A stretch of DNA of 64,000 nucleotides, taken from NCBI GenBank assembly GCA_016927815.1, contig JAFGLY010000170.1:4740-68739 (forward strand), given 5' to 3'. A program made the position numbers and the translations under genes. Under the pieces are notes generated by a model. The model did no database searches. It saw only the letters and a program-made list of their open reading frames with translations, and was not told where the DNA came from. Below, in pieces: positions 16,310 to 25,149 of the stretch (position 1 is its first letter; every line of letters starts with the position of its first letter). The DNA is from Deltaproteobacteria bacterium (GTDB taxonomy: Bacteria; Myxococcota_A; UBA796; JAFGLY01).

Positions 16310-19300
16310 GGCGCACCCACCAGGCGGTTGTCCACGGTCACCTCCACCTCGCAGGCCTCCCCCAGGTTCAGGTACGCATCGCAGGCCGCGATCTGCAGCA
16401 CGTAGGCCCCGTTGTCCACGACGATGCCGTCCTGGCCCACACCGTTCCAGATCACCTCGTCCGCGTCCGCGGCTGCGAGGGTCCACCAGGTGTACACCGC
16501 GTCGCCCGCCTCGTCCGTGACCGCCAGGCGCCACCCGTACGGCATGGCGCTGGCGACGACCTCCACGTGGACCTCGTCCGCCTCGGACGTTCCGGGGACG
16601 TCGTCTCCGTCCGGACGAAAGACCGCAGTGTCCGGCGTGCAGTCCAGGACGTCGGGAGCGGTGTCCTCCACCGCTCCGGTGTTCGTGCGGAAGGCCCCGG
16701 TGGTCCCCGACCAGGCGCCGTCGAGCCGGTTTCCCGCGGCGTCCCGCACCTGGGACGACACGACGATCTCGTACACGTCGAGAGAGAGGTCGATGGCGTC
16801 CTCGAGCGTGGCGGTGGCCTGGGTGGCATCGGCCGAGAGCGAGATGTCCGCGATCGCTCGGGCGCCGTAGCTGTCCGAGACGAGGATGCCCGCCGAGGGA
16901 TCCGTGAAGGACGACGACCACATGGCCTCGCTGAACGTCACGGTGACGGTGTCCGTGACGTCGTCGGACGTGCCCCGGGGATCGAGATCCAGGACCACGG
17001 GGCGGGCATTGTCGCCCTGGGCCTCTACCGTGGCCGCACCGATGGCGGTTCCCGTGCCGTTCCCGGCCAGGAGCGTCGCCGTGCCGCCGAAGGCCTCCAG
17101 CGCCACGGACCATGAGACCGTGGCCTCGCCCCCGGCGTCGAGCGTGACCGCGAGCCCGATCCCCGAGGCAGAGGCTCCCGACGTGTACTCGCCGAGGTCT
17201 GCCCGGACGAGCAGGCTGCCGCCGGAAGCCACGTCGCCCGAGCAGTCCCAGGCCGCCAGGTCCACGGGGGTGCTCCCCGTGGTGGCGCTGCCCACGGTGC
17301 GCGTGGTGAAGGTCGGCACCACGGACACCGGCCCGGCCGGCTGCCCGTCGTCGTGGGCCACGTACACGACGGCCTGGGCCAGGTCCCCGCAGGCCTCGGG
17401 CGTGAATGCCGCGACCTCGACCTGGACGGCGACGGGTTCCTCCCACGCGAAGAGGGGGGTGGCACTGGACCCCCGCGTGGTGTTTCCGGCGGAGTCCCAG
17501 AAGCTGTACGTGAGCGAGCTTCCCGTGCTGCCCGAGGCGTCCAGCATGGCGGACGCGCTGCCGGACGCGAGGCAGAGGACGGCCTCGGTCGCGCCGTCCA
17601 CGAGCAGGTCCGCCGTTACGCCACAGTCGTCCTCCAGGACGTCGATGGGCGTGAGAACGCCCATGATGGCGCTCGTTTCGGCCACGGCGATGAGCGAGTC
17701 CGCGACCCCGGGCGTGTCGAACAGGATCTCGCCGCTGGCCTCGCCATCGGTCCAGCTGTCCAGCACCACCCCGGGGGAGAGGGCGAACTCGCTCGTCACC
17801 GACACGACCTCGTCGAAGGTGAGAACCACGTTGCCCCACGCGTCGACCGCCTGGACCCGAACGGTGTAGGGAACGTCCAGGAACGCCCACGGGCGATCGA
17901 GCGAGATGGACAGTGAGGCGGGGTCGGAGGGCACCACGTCGAACGGATCGGAGGTGCCGAGCGAGGCGGCCCCCTGGCTGGCGGTGATCGTGTCGTCCTG
18001 CAGGGCGACGGTGATCGTGACCTCCACCTCGGCGTACCCATCGGGATCCAGGGTGGCCGTCAAGGGGAGCAGCGACCCGGTCTCGTCCTCCAGTTCCACG
18101 TACGGGTCGCTCTGCACGACGTAGGGATTGCCCCACGCATCCGTCCCCTCCAGCCCCACCGGGAAGGAGGCGCCCGCGGACACCTGGATGCCCGGTTCGA
18201 GATCGAAGGAGACCACCGCGAGATCTCCGTTCTGCACGATGAACGGGGTGGTGGTGCCGCTCACGCTCGGATCGAGGTCGTCCACCGACACGGTGAGGGT
18301 CTCCGCGTCCGTGGCCAGGGTCGCGATGCAGGAGAAACGACGGCTGCCGTCCGCTCGCATCACTTCGTCCCAGGTGCAGGTCGGCGTCCCCACACGTCCG
18401 CGGAAGCGATAGCCGTCCACGGATGGATCTGTAGAAATACCGTTTTTCAGGGCATCCTGTGGGGTGACGTCCAGCAGGAAGGGCTCACCGGCCGAGACCG
18501 GTCCCGGGCCCATGCCCACGAGGATCTTCGCCAGCGGACCCGGGCTCACCCCGAAGACCCCGGAGATGCCCTCCAGCCGATCGCTGCCCCGGGCTTGGAC
18601 CTGGTCGTCCGCTCCGGCGATCCATGGCCAGGCGACACAGACCTGGATGCCCTCGGAGAACCCCGGGCAGTCCTGCTCTCCGAGGCCGGCTTCGGGATCG
18701 AGGCCGCCCAGCGTGTCGTACAGGTCCAGTCGGACGTCGCTGCCATAGTCCAGGACCCGGTTCTCCCAGGCGTCCCGGGCGGTGACCACCACGTAGAGGG
18801 GGCTTTGCCCGGCTTCCACGGTGCTCGGGTAGACGGACACACCGTAGGACGAGGGCTCTGCGGGCTCCACCTGGAACCCCGGGCTGGATCCGGAGGTGGT
18901 TCCCGAGGCGAGGATGCGGTTCTCCTCGCAGGCATCGCCGGTGGCGCCGGTGACCGCGATGTCCAGGTCCAGGCGGCCGACCACGTCGACCGTCTGGGAA
19001 AAGCGCCCGCACGCCTCGGTCAACGAGAAACGGCCGATGGCCTCCTCCAGGAGGTTGCCGTAGATGTCGACCATGCGCAGGGTGACCGGGAACGGCTCCC
19101 CGGCGACCGCGGAAAACCCCAGGTACGGAAGGTCGATCGAGACCCCGGCCAGCTCGCCGGGAGTGACGGCGATGTCCACGGAGTCTCCCTCGACGACGGA
19201 GTCCGGCACGGCCGGCTCGACCTCGAGGGTGAGGATCTCGGGGGTCGAGTGGGTGAGCGACACCCAGCCGTGGCCGCTCTCGTCCAGGAACCCGACGACG

Positions 19301-19881
19301 ACCACGCCCTCGTCCACGCTGCCCTGCAGGGCGTCGTCGAGACCCGAGGCGTCCACCTCGAGACCGTGAAGTCGACTCGCAGCGGTGAGGGTCAGGACGA
19401 CCCGGAGAGGCTGGAACACCGGCCGATCCTCGGGGTCCAGGAGGTCGAAGGCCACGAGGAACGGGATGTTCACGTCGAACACGATGCTGTCGAGGTCAAA
19501 GGCGAGGTGGTCCGCTCGGCTGTCCGTGACGGTGAAGGCGTCCGCGAGGACGGCGGACAGGCCCGCGGGCGTGGTGACCCGGAGGGCGTAGAGGCCGACG
19601 GGCAACCCCTCGGGCACGACCGCGGCCAGGGACTCGTAGGAGTCCAATTCCACGCCTTGGAGTGCGTAGGTGCCCTCGGCGCCCTCGAGGCGGACCTGGA
19701 ACTGGCGGTCCAGGCGGCCGCCCTCGTCGCTCGAGGACAGCTCCATCGAGGGGTAGAAATGGCGTCCCCGCACCACCACGTCGGTGCGCTCCCCGTTGTA
19801 TCCCCAATCTGGTTCGGCCCCCTGCACCTCTGGATCCGGCAGGGGCGTCGAACACGCGACGAGGAGGAGGAGGAACGGCAA
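16306..19881 (-). CDS. 1191-aa lipoprotein built of Ig-like (Big/PKD/SbsA-like) modules with a FlgD-Ig-like C-terminus
   Basis: TTG at 19881 preceded by GGGAGA. Lipobox LLVAC. At least five modules carry a D-[AI]-[WY]-[GE]-N motif (VDIYGN, RDAWEN, TDAWGN, VDAWGN, degenerate QDALKN). Other modules: LTYSFWDSAGN (PKD-like), VTVTFSEAMWSSSF (SbsA-like), C-terminal WNGVGQDGIVVDNGAYVLQIAACD (FlgD-Ig-like). Confidence 0.8.
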   Translation of the reverse strand: MPFLLLLVACSTPLPDPEVQGAEPDWGYNGERTDVVVRGRHFYPSMELSSSDEGGRLDRQFQVRLEGAEGTYALQGVELDSYESLAAVVPEGLPVGLYALRVTTPAGLSAVLADAFTVTDSRADHLAFDLDSIVFDVNIPFLVAFDLLDPEDRPVFQPLRVVLTLTAASRLHGLEVDASGLDDALQGSVDEGVVVVGFLDESGHGWVSLTHSTPEILTLEVEPAVPDSVVEGDSVDIAVTPGELAGVSIDLPYLGFSAVAGEPFPVTLRMVDIYGNLLEEAIGRFSLTEACGRFSQTVDVVGRLDLDIAVTGATGDACEENRILASGTTSGSSPGFQVEPAEPSSYGVSVYPSTVEAGQSPLYVVVTARDAWENRVLDYGSDVRLDLYDTLGGLDPEAGLGEQDCPGFSEGIQVCVAWPWIAGADDQVQARGSDRLEGISGVFGVSPGPLAKILVGMGPGPVSAGEPFLLDVTPQDALKNGISTDPSVDGYRFRGRVGTPTCTWDEVMRADGSRRFSCIATLATDAETLTVSVDDLDPSVSGTTTPFIVQNGDLAVVSFDLEPGIQVSAGASFPVGLEGTDAWGNPYVVQSDPYVELEDETGSLLPLTATLDPDGYAEVEVTITVALQDDTITASQGAASLGTSDPFDVVPSDPASLSISLDRPWAFLDVPYTVRVQAVDAWGNVVLTFDEVVSVTSEFALSPGVVLDSWTDGEASGEILFDTPGVADSLIAVAETSAIMGVLTPIDVLEDDCGVTADLLVDGATEAVLCLASGSASAMLDASGSTGSSLTYSFWDSAGNTTRGSSATPLFAWEEPVAVQVEVAAFTPEACGDLAQAVVYVAHDDGQPAGPVSVVPTFTTRTVGSATTGSTPVDLAAWDCSGDVASGGSLLVRADLGEYTSGASASGIGLAVTLDAGGEATVSWSVALEAFGGTATLLAGNGTGTAIGAATVEAQGDNARPVVLDLDPRGTSDDVTDTVTVTFSEAMWSSSFTDPSAGILVSDSYGARAIADISLSADATQATATLEDAIDLSLDVYEIVVSSQVRDAAGNRLDGAWSGTTGAFRTNTGAVEDTAPDVLDCTPDTAVFRPDGDDVPGTSEADEVHVEVVASAMPYGWRLAVTDEAGDAVYTWWTLAAADADEVIWNGVGQDGIVVDNGAYVLQIAACDAYLNLGEACEVEVTVDNRLVGAP

Positions 19882-19899
19882 GGGGTCTCCCAGAGGAGT

Positions 19900-22410
19900 C
19901 TAGAACAGGACGCGCCATCCTGTCACGACCGAAAGGCCGCCGACGGTGCCTTCCCAGGCGAGCGCGTCCTCCCCGATCGTGGCGTAGAGGTAGCGCAACT
20001 CGAAGCCGAACTCGCCGGTGCCGGCTCTCCAGCCGGTGCCTGCGAAGAGGGTCAGCCCGGGTCCGGACACGCCGTGCAGGCGGACGGTGGTCTCGTCGCC
20101 GAAGGAGGCGGCGGCCGTCCAGCCGATTCCAGCCAGACCGGCACCCAGCCAGGACGCCCGGAGCCCCTGCTCCTGCCGGGCGAGGCCGGCGAGCGTGACG
20201 GGCAGGAAGACCTGTCGTACGGAGATCTCCTCCCCGGTGGCGTGGTCCTCCAGGACGGCGTCCGCTCCGTAGACTCCGGTGGAGGTGCGCAGCAGGATCC
20301 GCTCGGAACCGAACGGAAGGCGCATCTCCAGGTTGACGTCCGCGGTGGGTGAGGCCACGGAGCCGAGGTTGGACAGGAAGCCGCCGGTGATCCCGAGGGC
20401 GGCCCTCAAGGGACGGGGTGCGATGCGCAGCGTGGTCGAGGCGCCGAACGAGCCCTCCTGCCCCTGTACGGACAGGAGGACGTCTCCTGCCCGAAAGCCC
20501 GCGGGCGGCGTGTACCAGGCTTCGTAGGAACCGTCCGGGCGGATCTTCAGGGGGCTCACGGTGCCCACGTCCGCGCGTACCGTCGCATGGTCGTCGGTGA
20601 CGGCGCTGCCCGTTCGATCCTGCAGCCGGACGAGCACGCGTGCGGACGCCGAGGGTCCCGGGTGGAGCACCGAGGGCTCGGTAGCGATCGAGACCCGGCG
20701 CACGCGACCGGCCAGGATGGGGACCTCCACCACGGCCTCGACGTCGGGGGCCGACACATCGGCTGAGGGACCGGGGTCCTCGGGGAGATACGGCTCCCGG
20801 GCCTCCAGCAGGCCTGTCCGGGCGTGGAGGATCACGAGAGGGACGTCCGCGGGCAACGGGAACGTGGCACAAGCCCAGCCCCGGGCGTCGGTCGTGGCCG
20901 TCGATTCCGGACCCCGATCCAGAGCCAGGGCCACCCCGATCCCCTCGAGGGGCCGTCCTCGCCCGTCCAGAACCCGTGCATGCACGGGCAGCCGACCTCC
21001 TTCGGCGGTACCGTGGGTGACCTGGAGGGAGGCCGGGGGACCCGTGCCGGGGGCGATCGCCAGCCTCGCCCAGATCCGGTCCGATCCTTCGGCCGCTGCG
21101 GGTGCTCCGTTGTAGTCCGCCCGGATCGTGTGGGCGTCGGAGGACACCACGCGCACCTCGCCGAGGTCGGCGCCGACCTCGACCGCGTCGAGGGCGAGTC
21201 GGTCCCCGAGACGGTCCTCCAGGATGGCCTGGACCTGGGCCATCGGGAAGTCGGCGGACAGCACCTCCGGGTAGACCTTCAGGTGGAGCGTGTGGGGAAT
21301 TCCCTCGCCAACGGGCAGTCGGACCTGTGCTGCGGCGAGATCCCCTGGCAGCTCGCAGGACACGCGCAGGTACAGGAACCGTTCCTCCGAGGGCAGCGAG
21401 GGCAGGAGGCGCCAACGCCCGGGCCCCTCGGAGACCAGCGCGGGGCGTCCGCCGGGCACGGTCTCGCAGACGGGCAACGCCGCGGTCCACGGCGCCCCCG
21501 CAAAGTCCACGACGGCCAGGTGCACGGGGAACACCGCCCCACCCTGGAGGAGCACGGGTGCGGACAGGAGGGCCACGAGGGGGCGAGGGTCGCGCTGGAG
21601 GCTCACCGTGGTCGTCTGGACGTTGCCGAGATCGTCCTCGATGCGCATCGTGGCCGTGGCATCGCCGGGTCGGACCGGAAGGGTCGCGACGGCCTGCCCC
21701 TCGGCATCCGCCACGAACGGCCCGAACGTCCTCCCGCCGAGCGTCAGGTGCACCCGGGCGCCGGGTTCCGTCTGGATCGGGATGCGGGGGCGCCCTGCGA
21801 GGTGCACGACCCCCCAGGCCGGAGGGGCCACCGGGCGGCGAAGGTCGAGGAGGCCCACGAGCACCACCCGCGGAAAGCGCTCCTCGAGCGGTTCCAGGAC
21901 CACGTCGACCCCATCGGCCGTTCGCTCCACGGAGAGGATTCGGCCCTCGGTCGCGTAGGCCTGGAGGACATCGGGATTCACGGGTTCGGCCGAACGGAAC
22001 GGGACCCTGATGGGGCGATCCGCTCCGGCGGTGGCCTCCATCCGCACGGGACCCTCGAACGTGGGTACCACGGGGTCGCCCAGGGGGACGACCAGGCGGG
22101 TGGAGGTGTCCGGATCGGTGTGGACCGTGAAGGTCACGCTGCCCGAGGCCCCGGGCGGCGCGAGGTACCAGAAGGCATGGACCCCCGGTCGCCTCGCGCC
22201 CGTGCCCGGCGCGACATCGCCGATGGAGGCCCGGAGCGTGGGCCGGGGTGTGGACAGGGCCCGACCCGCTTCGTGGAGGACCACGTAGACGCGGTTCTCC
22301 ACGCCCGGTACCAACGGTCCGTCCGGGGTGACGAGCGCGACCTCTGCCCGGGCAGCCCGAGGGAGCCAGCCGAGGAGAAGGATCAGGAGCAGGACACGGA
22401 AGGCGGCCAC
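19900..22410 (-). CDS. 836-aa exported protein: N-terminal Ig-like repeats plus a C-terminal outer-membrane beta-barrel-like domain
   Basis: GTG at 22410. Signal peptide AAFRVLLLILLLGWLPRAARA. Ig-like modules such as VHARVLDGRGRPLEGIGVALALD...TTDARGWA and ARVLVRLQDRTGSAVTDDHATVRADVG. The last ~190 aa have alternating amphipathic strands ending GLSVVTGWRVLF, an aromatic terminal residue typical of OMPs. Confidence 0.7.
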   Translation of the reverse strand: MAAFRVLLLILLLGWLPRAARAEVALVTPDGPLVPGVENRVYVVLHEAGRALSTPRPTLRASIGDVAPGTGARRPGVHAFWYLAPPGASGSVTFTVHTDPDTSTRLVVPLGDPVVPTFEGPVRMEATAGADRPIRVPFRSAEPVNPDVLQAYATEGRILSVERTADGVDVVLEPLEERFPRVVLVGLLDLRRPVAPPAWGVVHLAGRPRIPIQTEPGARVHLTLGGRTFGPFVADAEGQAVATLPVRPGDATATMRIEDDLGNVQTTTVSLQRDPRPLVALLSAPVLLQGGAVFPVHLAVVDFAGAPWTAALPVCETVPGGRPALVSEGPGRWRLLPSLPSEERFLYLRVSCELPGDLAAAQVRLPVGEGIPHTLHLKVYPEVLSADFPMAQVQAILEDRLGDRLALDAVEVGADLGEVRVVSSDAHTIRADYNGAPAAAEGSDRIWARLAIAPGTGPPASLQVTHGTAEGGRLPVHARVLDGRGRPLEGIGVALALDRGPESTATTDARGWACATFPLPADVPLVILHARTGLLEAREPYLPEDPGPSADVSAPDVEAVVEVPILAGRVRRVSIATEPSVLHPGPSASARVLVRLQDRTGSAVTDDHATVRADVGTVSPLKIRPDGSYEAWYTPPAGFRAGDVLLSVQGQEGSFGASTTLRIAPRPLRAALGITGGFLSNLGSVASPTADVNLEMRLPFGSERILLRTSTGVYGADAVLEDHATGEEISVRQVFLPVTLAGLARQEQGLRASWLGAGLAGIGWTAAASFGDETTVRLHGVSGPGLTLFAGTGWRAGTGEFGFELRYLYATIGEDALAWEGTVGGLSVVTGWRVLF

Positions 22411-22467
22411 GGCGCCATCCTATCGCACTGCCGCCAGACCCCCGGCTCCGATGGGGCCGCGGACCCG

Positions 22468-23328
22468 TCAGTAGCGGACTTCGATCGTACTGGGGGGCGC
22501 CTTGGAGTCGCGCGTGAGGGAGGTCTCCACCCGTTGCGTCCGGCCCAGTGGATCCACGGCCACCACCTCCACCGGGTGTGTCCCCTCAGACAGCGGGATC
22601 GTAGCCTCGAACGTCCCGTCGCTGGCCGCGATGACCGTCATCCAGCGGCCCGGGGACCCCACCCGGACCTCTGCCCCGGGATCGGTACGGCCTCGCACCG
22701 TCACCTCGGCCTCCCGGGTGCGCGTCTGGTCGGGCCAGGCGACCTGCAGCAGCAGCGACTCTGGAACGGGGGCGAGGCGGGCCGACCCGTCGGGTGCGAG
22801 GCTCAGGCGCTGCCCTGGGTCGAGCCGGTCCAGGTCGGGTACGCCCCGAACCACCACGGTGCCCCGCTCAATCTCCGTCGCCAGGGCTCCGCCCTTCCCT
22901 ACCCCCACGGCGAAGTCCGCGTCCTGGGCCACCAGTTCGCGTCCGCGGTTCACGATGCCGAGGCTGCCCCGACCGGGGCGTACCGTGGCCGTGACCCGGC
23001 CGCCGTCCAGCTCCATGCGAACGCCCTCGCGCGTCACGCCGAGCACGCGCACCGTGGACCCCGGGTGGACGACGATGGTGTTCGATCCTCCGAAGGAAAC
23101 ATCCGCCCGTCCGTTCTCGGAGGTTTCGAGGTGCTCGGACGGGCTCAAGGCCAGGCCGGGCCGGGCCTCGGACCGGCTGCCGCCGGCCGTGATGTGGACC
23201 ACGTCCCCCTGTACGGACTGGACCAGCAGCGGATCCGCGGGCTCGGGCCCGAACAGGAGGCGGTACCCGATCCAGCCCGCCAGGAGGACGAGCAGGAGGG
23301 CAAGGAGGGTCTTGACCGCGTCGCGCAT
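22468..23328 (-). CDS. Membrane-anchored FecR-domain protein with C-terminal Ig-like domain
   Basis: N-terminal TM helix LLALLLVLLAGWIGYRLLF. FecR-like core GRADVSFGGSNTIVVHPGSTVRV...ELDGGRVTATV. C-terminal beta-sandwich-like EVTVRGRTDPGAEVRV...DGTFEATIPLSEGTHPVEVVAVD. ATG at 23328. Confidence 0.65.
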   Translation of the reverse strand: MRDAVKTLLALLLVLLAGWIGYRLLFGPEPADPLLVQSVQGDVVHITAGGSRSEARPGLALSPSEHLETSENGRADVSFGGSNTIVVHPGSTVRVLGVTREGVRMELDGGRVTATVRPGRGSLGIVNRGRELVAQDADFAVGVGKGGALATEIERGTVVVRGVPDLDRLDPGQRLSLAPDGSARLAPVPESLLLQVAWPDQTRTREAEVTVRGRTDPGAEVRVGSPGRWMTVIAASDGTFEATIPLSEGTHPVEVVAVDPLGRTQRVETSLTRDSKAPPSTIEVRY

Positions 23329-23331
23329 GGA

Positions 23332-25143
23332 TCAGGCCCCGGGCAGATCGACCAGGTAACGGGCGGGTCCACCGGGCACCGGCTCCGTGAGCGCGGCCCC
23401 CTGCTCGGCCAGGACCCGTCGCGACAACCAGAGGGACATCCCGGACGCGAGCCAGTCGTCGCGCGAGGCGCCCGCGGGGGCCTCGGGGGCGTCGAGTTCG
23501 AAGGCGAGGCGGGCCCTGCCCTCCACCGATTCGCCCTGGACGACTATAGTCCCGCCCGACGGCACCAGGGCGCGCAGGCTGGTGAGCAGGCCGGCGAGCG
23601 CTTGTCCGAGCCGGACCCGATCCGCGTGGACCCGGAGCGCGCGCGGTACGTGCCCGAGGCGAAGACCCACTCCGCGCTGCCGGAAGGAAGGGGCCACGAG
23701 GCTCTCGACCTCCGAGACCAGGACGCGCAGATCCACGGGCGCGCGTTCGTCGATTTCCGTGGCGTCTTTCGTGAACGAGAGGAGGGTGCGGACGATGTCG
23801 GCGCAGCGTGCCGCCTCGGACTCCATGGCGGCCAGGAGGGCATCGTCCGGTCCGCCCCGGGTACGCTGGCGGAGGATCTGGGCGCTGCCGAGGATGCCGG
23901 CCAGCGGGTTGTTGAGCTCGTGAGCCACGCCGGCTCCGATCTCGGCCACGGCCGCGAGCTTGCCGGACTCGACGAGGCGAGCCTGGGCTTCCCTGAGCTC
24001 TCGCGTGCGATCTTCGACCCGCTCCTGCAGTTCGACGTTGAAGGCTTCGATCTCCTGCCTCTGGCGCAGGATCTCGTCCCGATTGGCCTCGAGGTGGCTG
24101 GACATGGTGTTGAAGACGCTCCCCAACTCCGCCAGCTCCCGGATCGGCCCCGTGACCACGCGGCGATCGAGCCTCCCCTCCCCCACGTCCCGAGCAGCCT
24201 GGGCCAGGTCCCGGACGGGCTGGTGGATCCTGCGCGCTGCGTAGTGGCCGACGATGGCCGACAGGCAGAGGGCCAGGAGCGCGATGTAGGCTGCCTGGTT
24301 CCGGAGGGTTCGGAGGGCTCGGATGGCGTGGCGGGAGGGCTCCACCACCACGGCCAGCCAGCCGGTGCAGGGAACGGTCGCACTCGCGCCCTGGATCCGC
24401 TCCCCGTCCTCCAGCTCGTAGCTGACGTTGTTGATGAGGGGACTGCCGAGGAAGAAGGTGAACCGGTCCGGCCGGATGAGTTCGGGCCCGCCGTGGGCGA
24501 AGAGGCTCCCCCCGGCATCCAGGAGACCGACCGCGACCCCCTCGTCCACGAGCCCGTGGAGATGCTGCACCACGGGCGCGAGCGAAAGCTCCACCGCGAC
24601 GAGCGGCCGCTGGGGGACCGGATCGGCGAGGACGATGGGGACCACCGGGAAGTCGCCGTCCGGGGGCTGGTACGGGACGCCCATGGCCGTCGCGCCGCTC
24701 CGGACCGCCGACCAGACGGGCAAACGCTCCCGGAACGCCTCGTACCGGGCCCGGGAGACGGACTCGTGGGAACCCGTGGGATCGTCCCCGGCCTCCAGGC
24801 TGGCCATCTGGCTGTGGGCGAGGTCCGTTCCCTCCGGGGTCAGGAGGCTCACGATGTTCACGTGGTCGAACTGGTTGTAGACCAGGCGCTCGAACCCGAC
24901 CCGCTCCGCGTCGTCCAGAAGGTCCAGGTCGAAGGTGCTGCGCATCAGGCGGATGCCCTTCAACTGGCCCGTCATCCACGTGTCCGCGAACGTCGCCAGG
25001 TTGGAAGCCTTCAAGGGCTGGATCTCGGAGGCCTGTCTCGACATGGACCGGATCGTCTCGCGCGTCGCGGCGAATCCGAGCAGGAGGAGCGGTGGGACGG
25101 CCGCGCCGGTGATGCCGAGGACGAGGAGCGTCCGCAGGCGCAC
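23332..25143 (-). CDS. Sensor histidine kinase: 2 TM helices, ~270-aa periplasmic (Cache-like) domain, HAMP, HisKA, degenerate HATPase_c
   Basis: TM1 LLVLGITGAAVPPLLLLGFAA, TM2 AAYIALLALCLSAIVGHYAA. HAMP RDLAQAARDVGEGRLDRRV. H-box GVAHELNNPLAGI. The CA domain lacks the N-box Asn (LAGLLTSL), the DxGxG box (ELDAPEAP) and the GxGLG box (ASGMSLWLS). GTG at 25143. Confidence 0.85.
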   Translation of the reverse strand: MRLRTLLVLGITGAAVPPLLLLGFAATRETIRSMSRQASEIQPLKASNLATFADTWMTGQLKGIRLMRSTFDLDLLDDAERVGFERLVYNQFDHVNIVSLLTPEGTDLAHSQMASLEAGDDPTGSHESVSRARYEAFRERLPVWSAVRSGATAMGVPYQPPDGDFPVVPIVLADPVPQRPLVAVELSLAPVVQHLHGLVDEGVAVGLLDAGGSLFAHGGPELIRPDRFTFFLGSPLINNVSYELEDGERIQGASATVPCTGWLAVVVEPSRHAIRALRTLRNQAAYIALLALCLSAIVGHYAARRIHQPVRDLAQAARDVGEGRLDRRVVTGPIRELAELGSVFNTMSSHLEANRDEILRQRQEIEAFNVELQERVEDRTRELREAQARLVESGKLAAVAEIGAGVAHELNNPLAGILGSAQILRQRTRGGPDDALLAAMESEAARCADIVRTLLSFTKDATEIDERAPVDLRVLVSEVESLVAPSFRQRGVGLRLGHVPRALRVHADRVRLGQALAGLLTSLRALVPSGGTIVVQGESVEGRARLAFELDAPEAPAGASRDDWLASGMSLWLSRRVLAEQGAALTEPVPGGPARYLVDLPGA

Positions 25144-25149
25144 GGGAGG

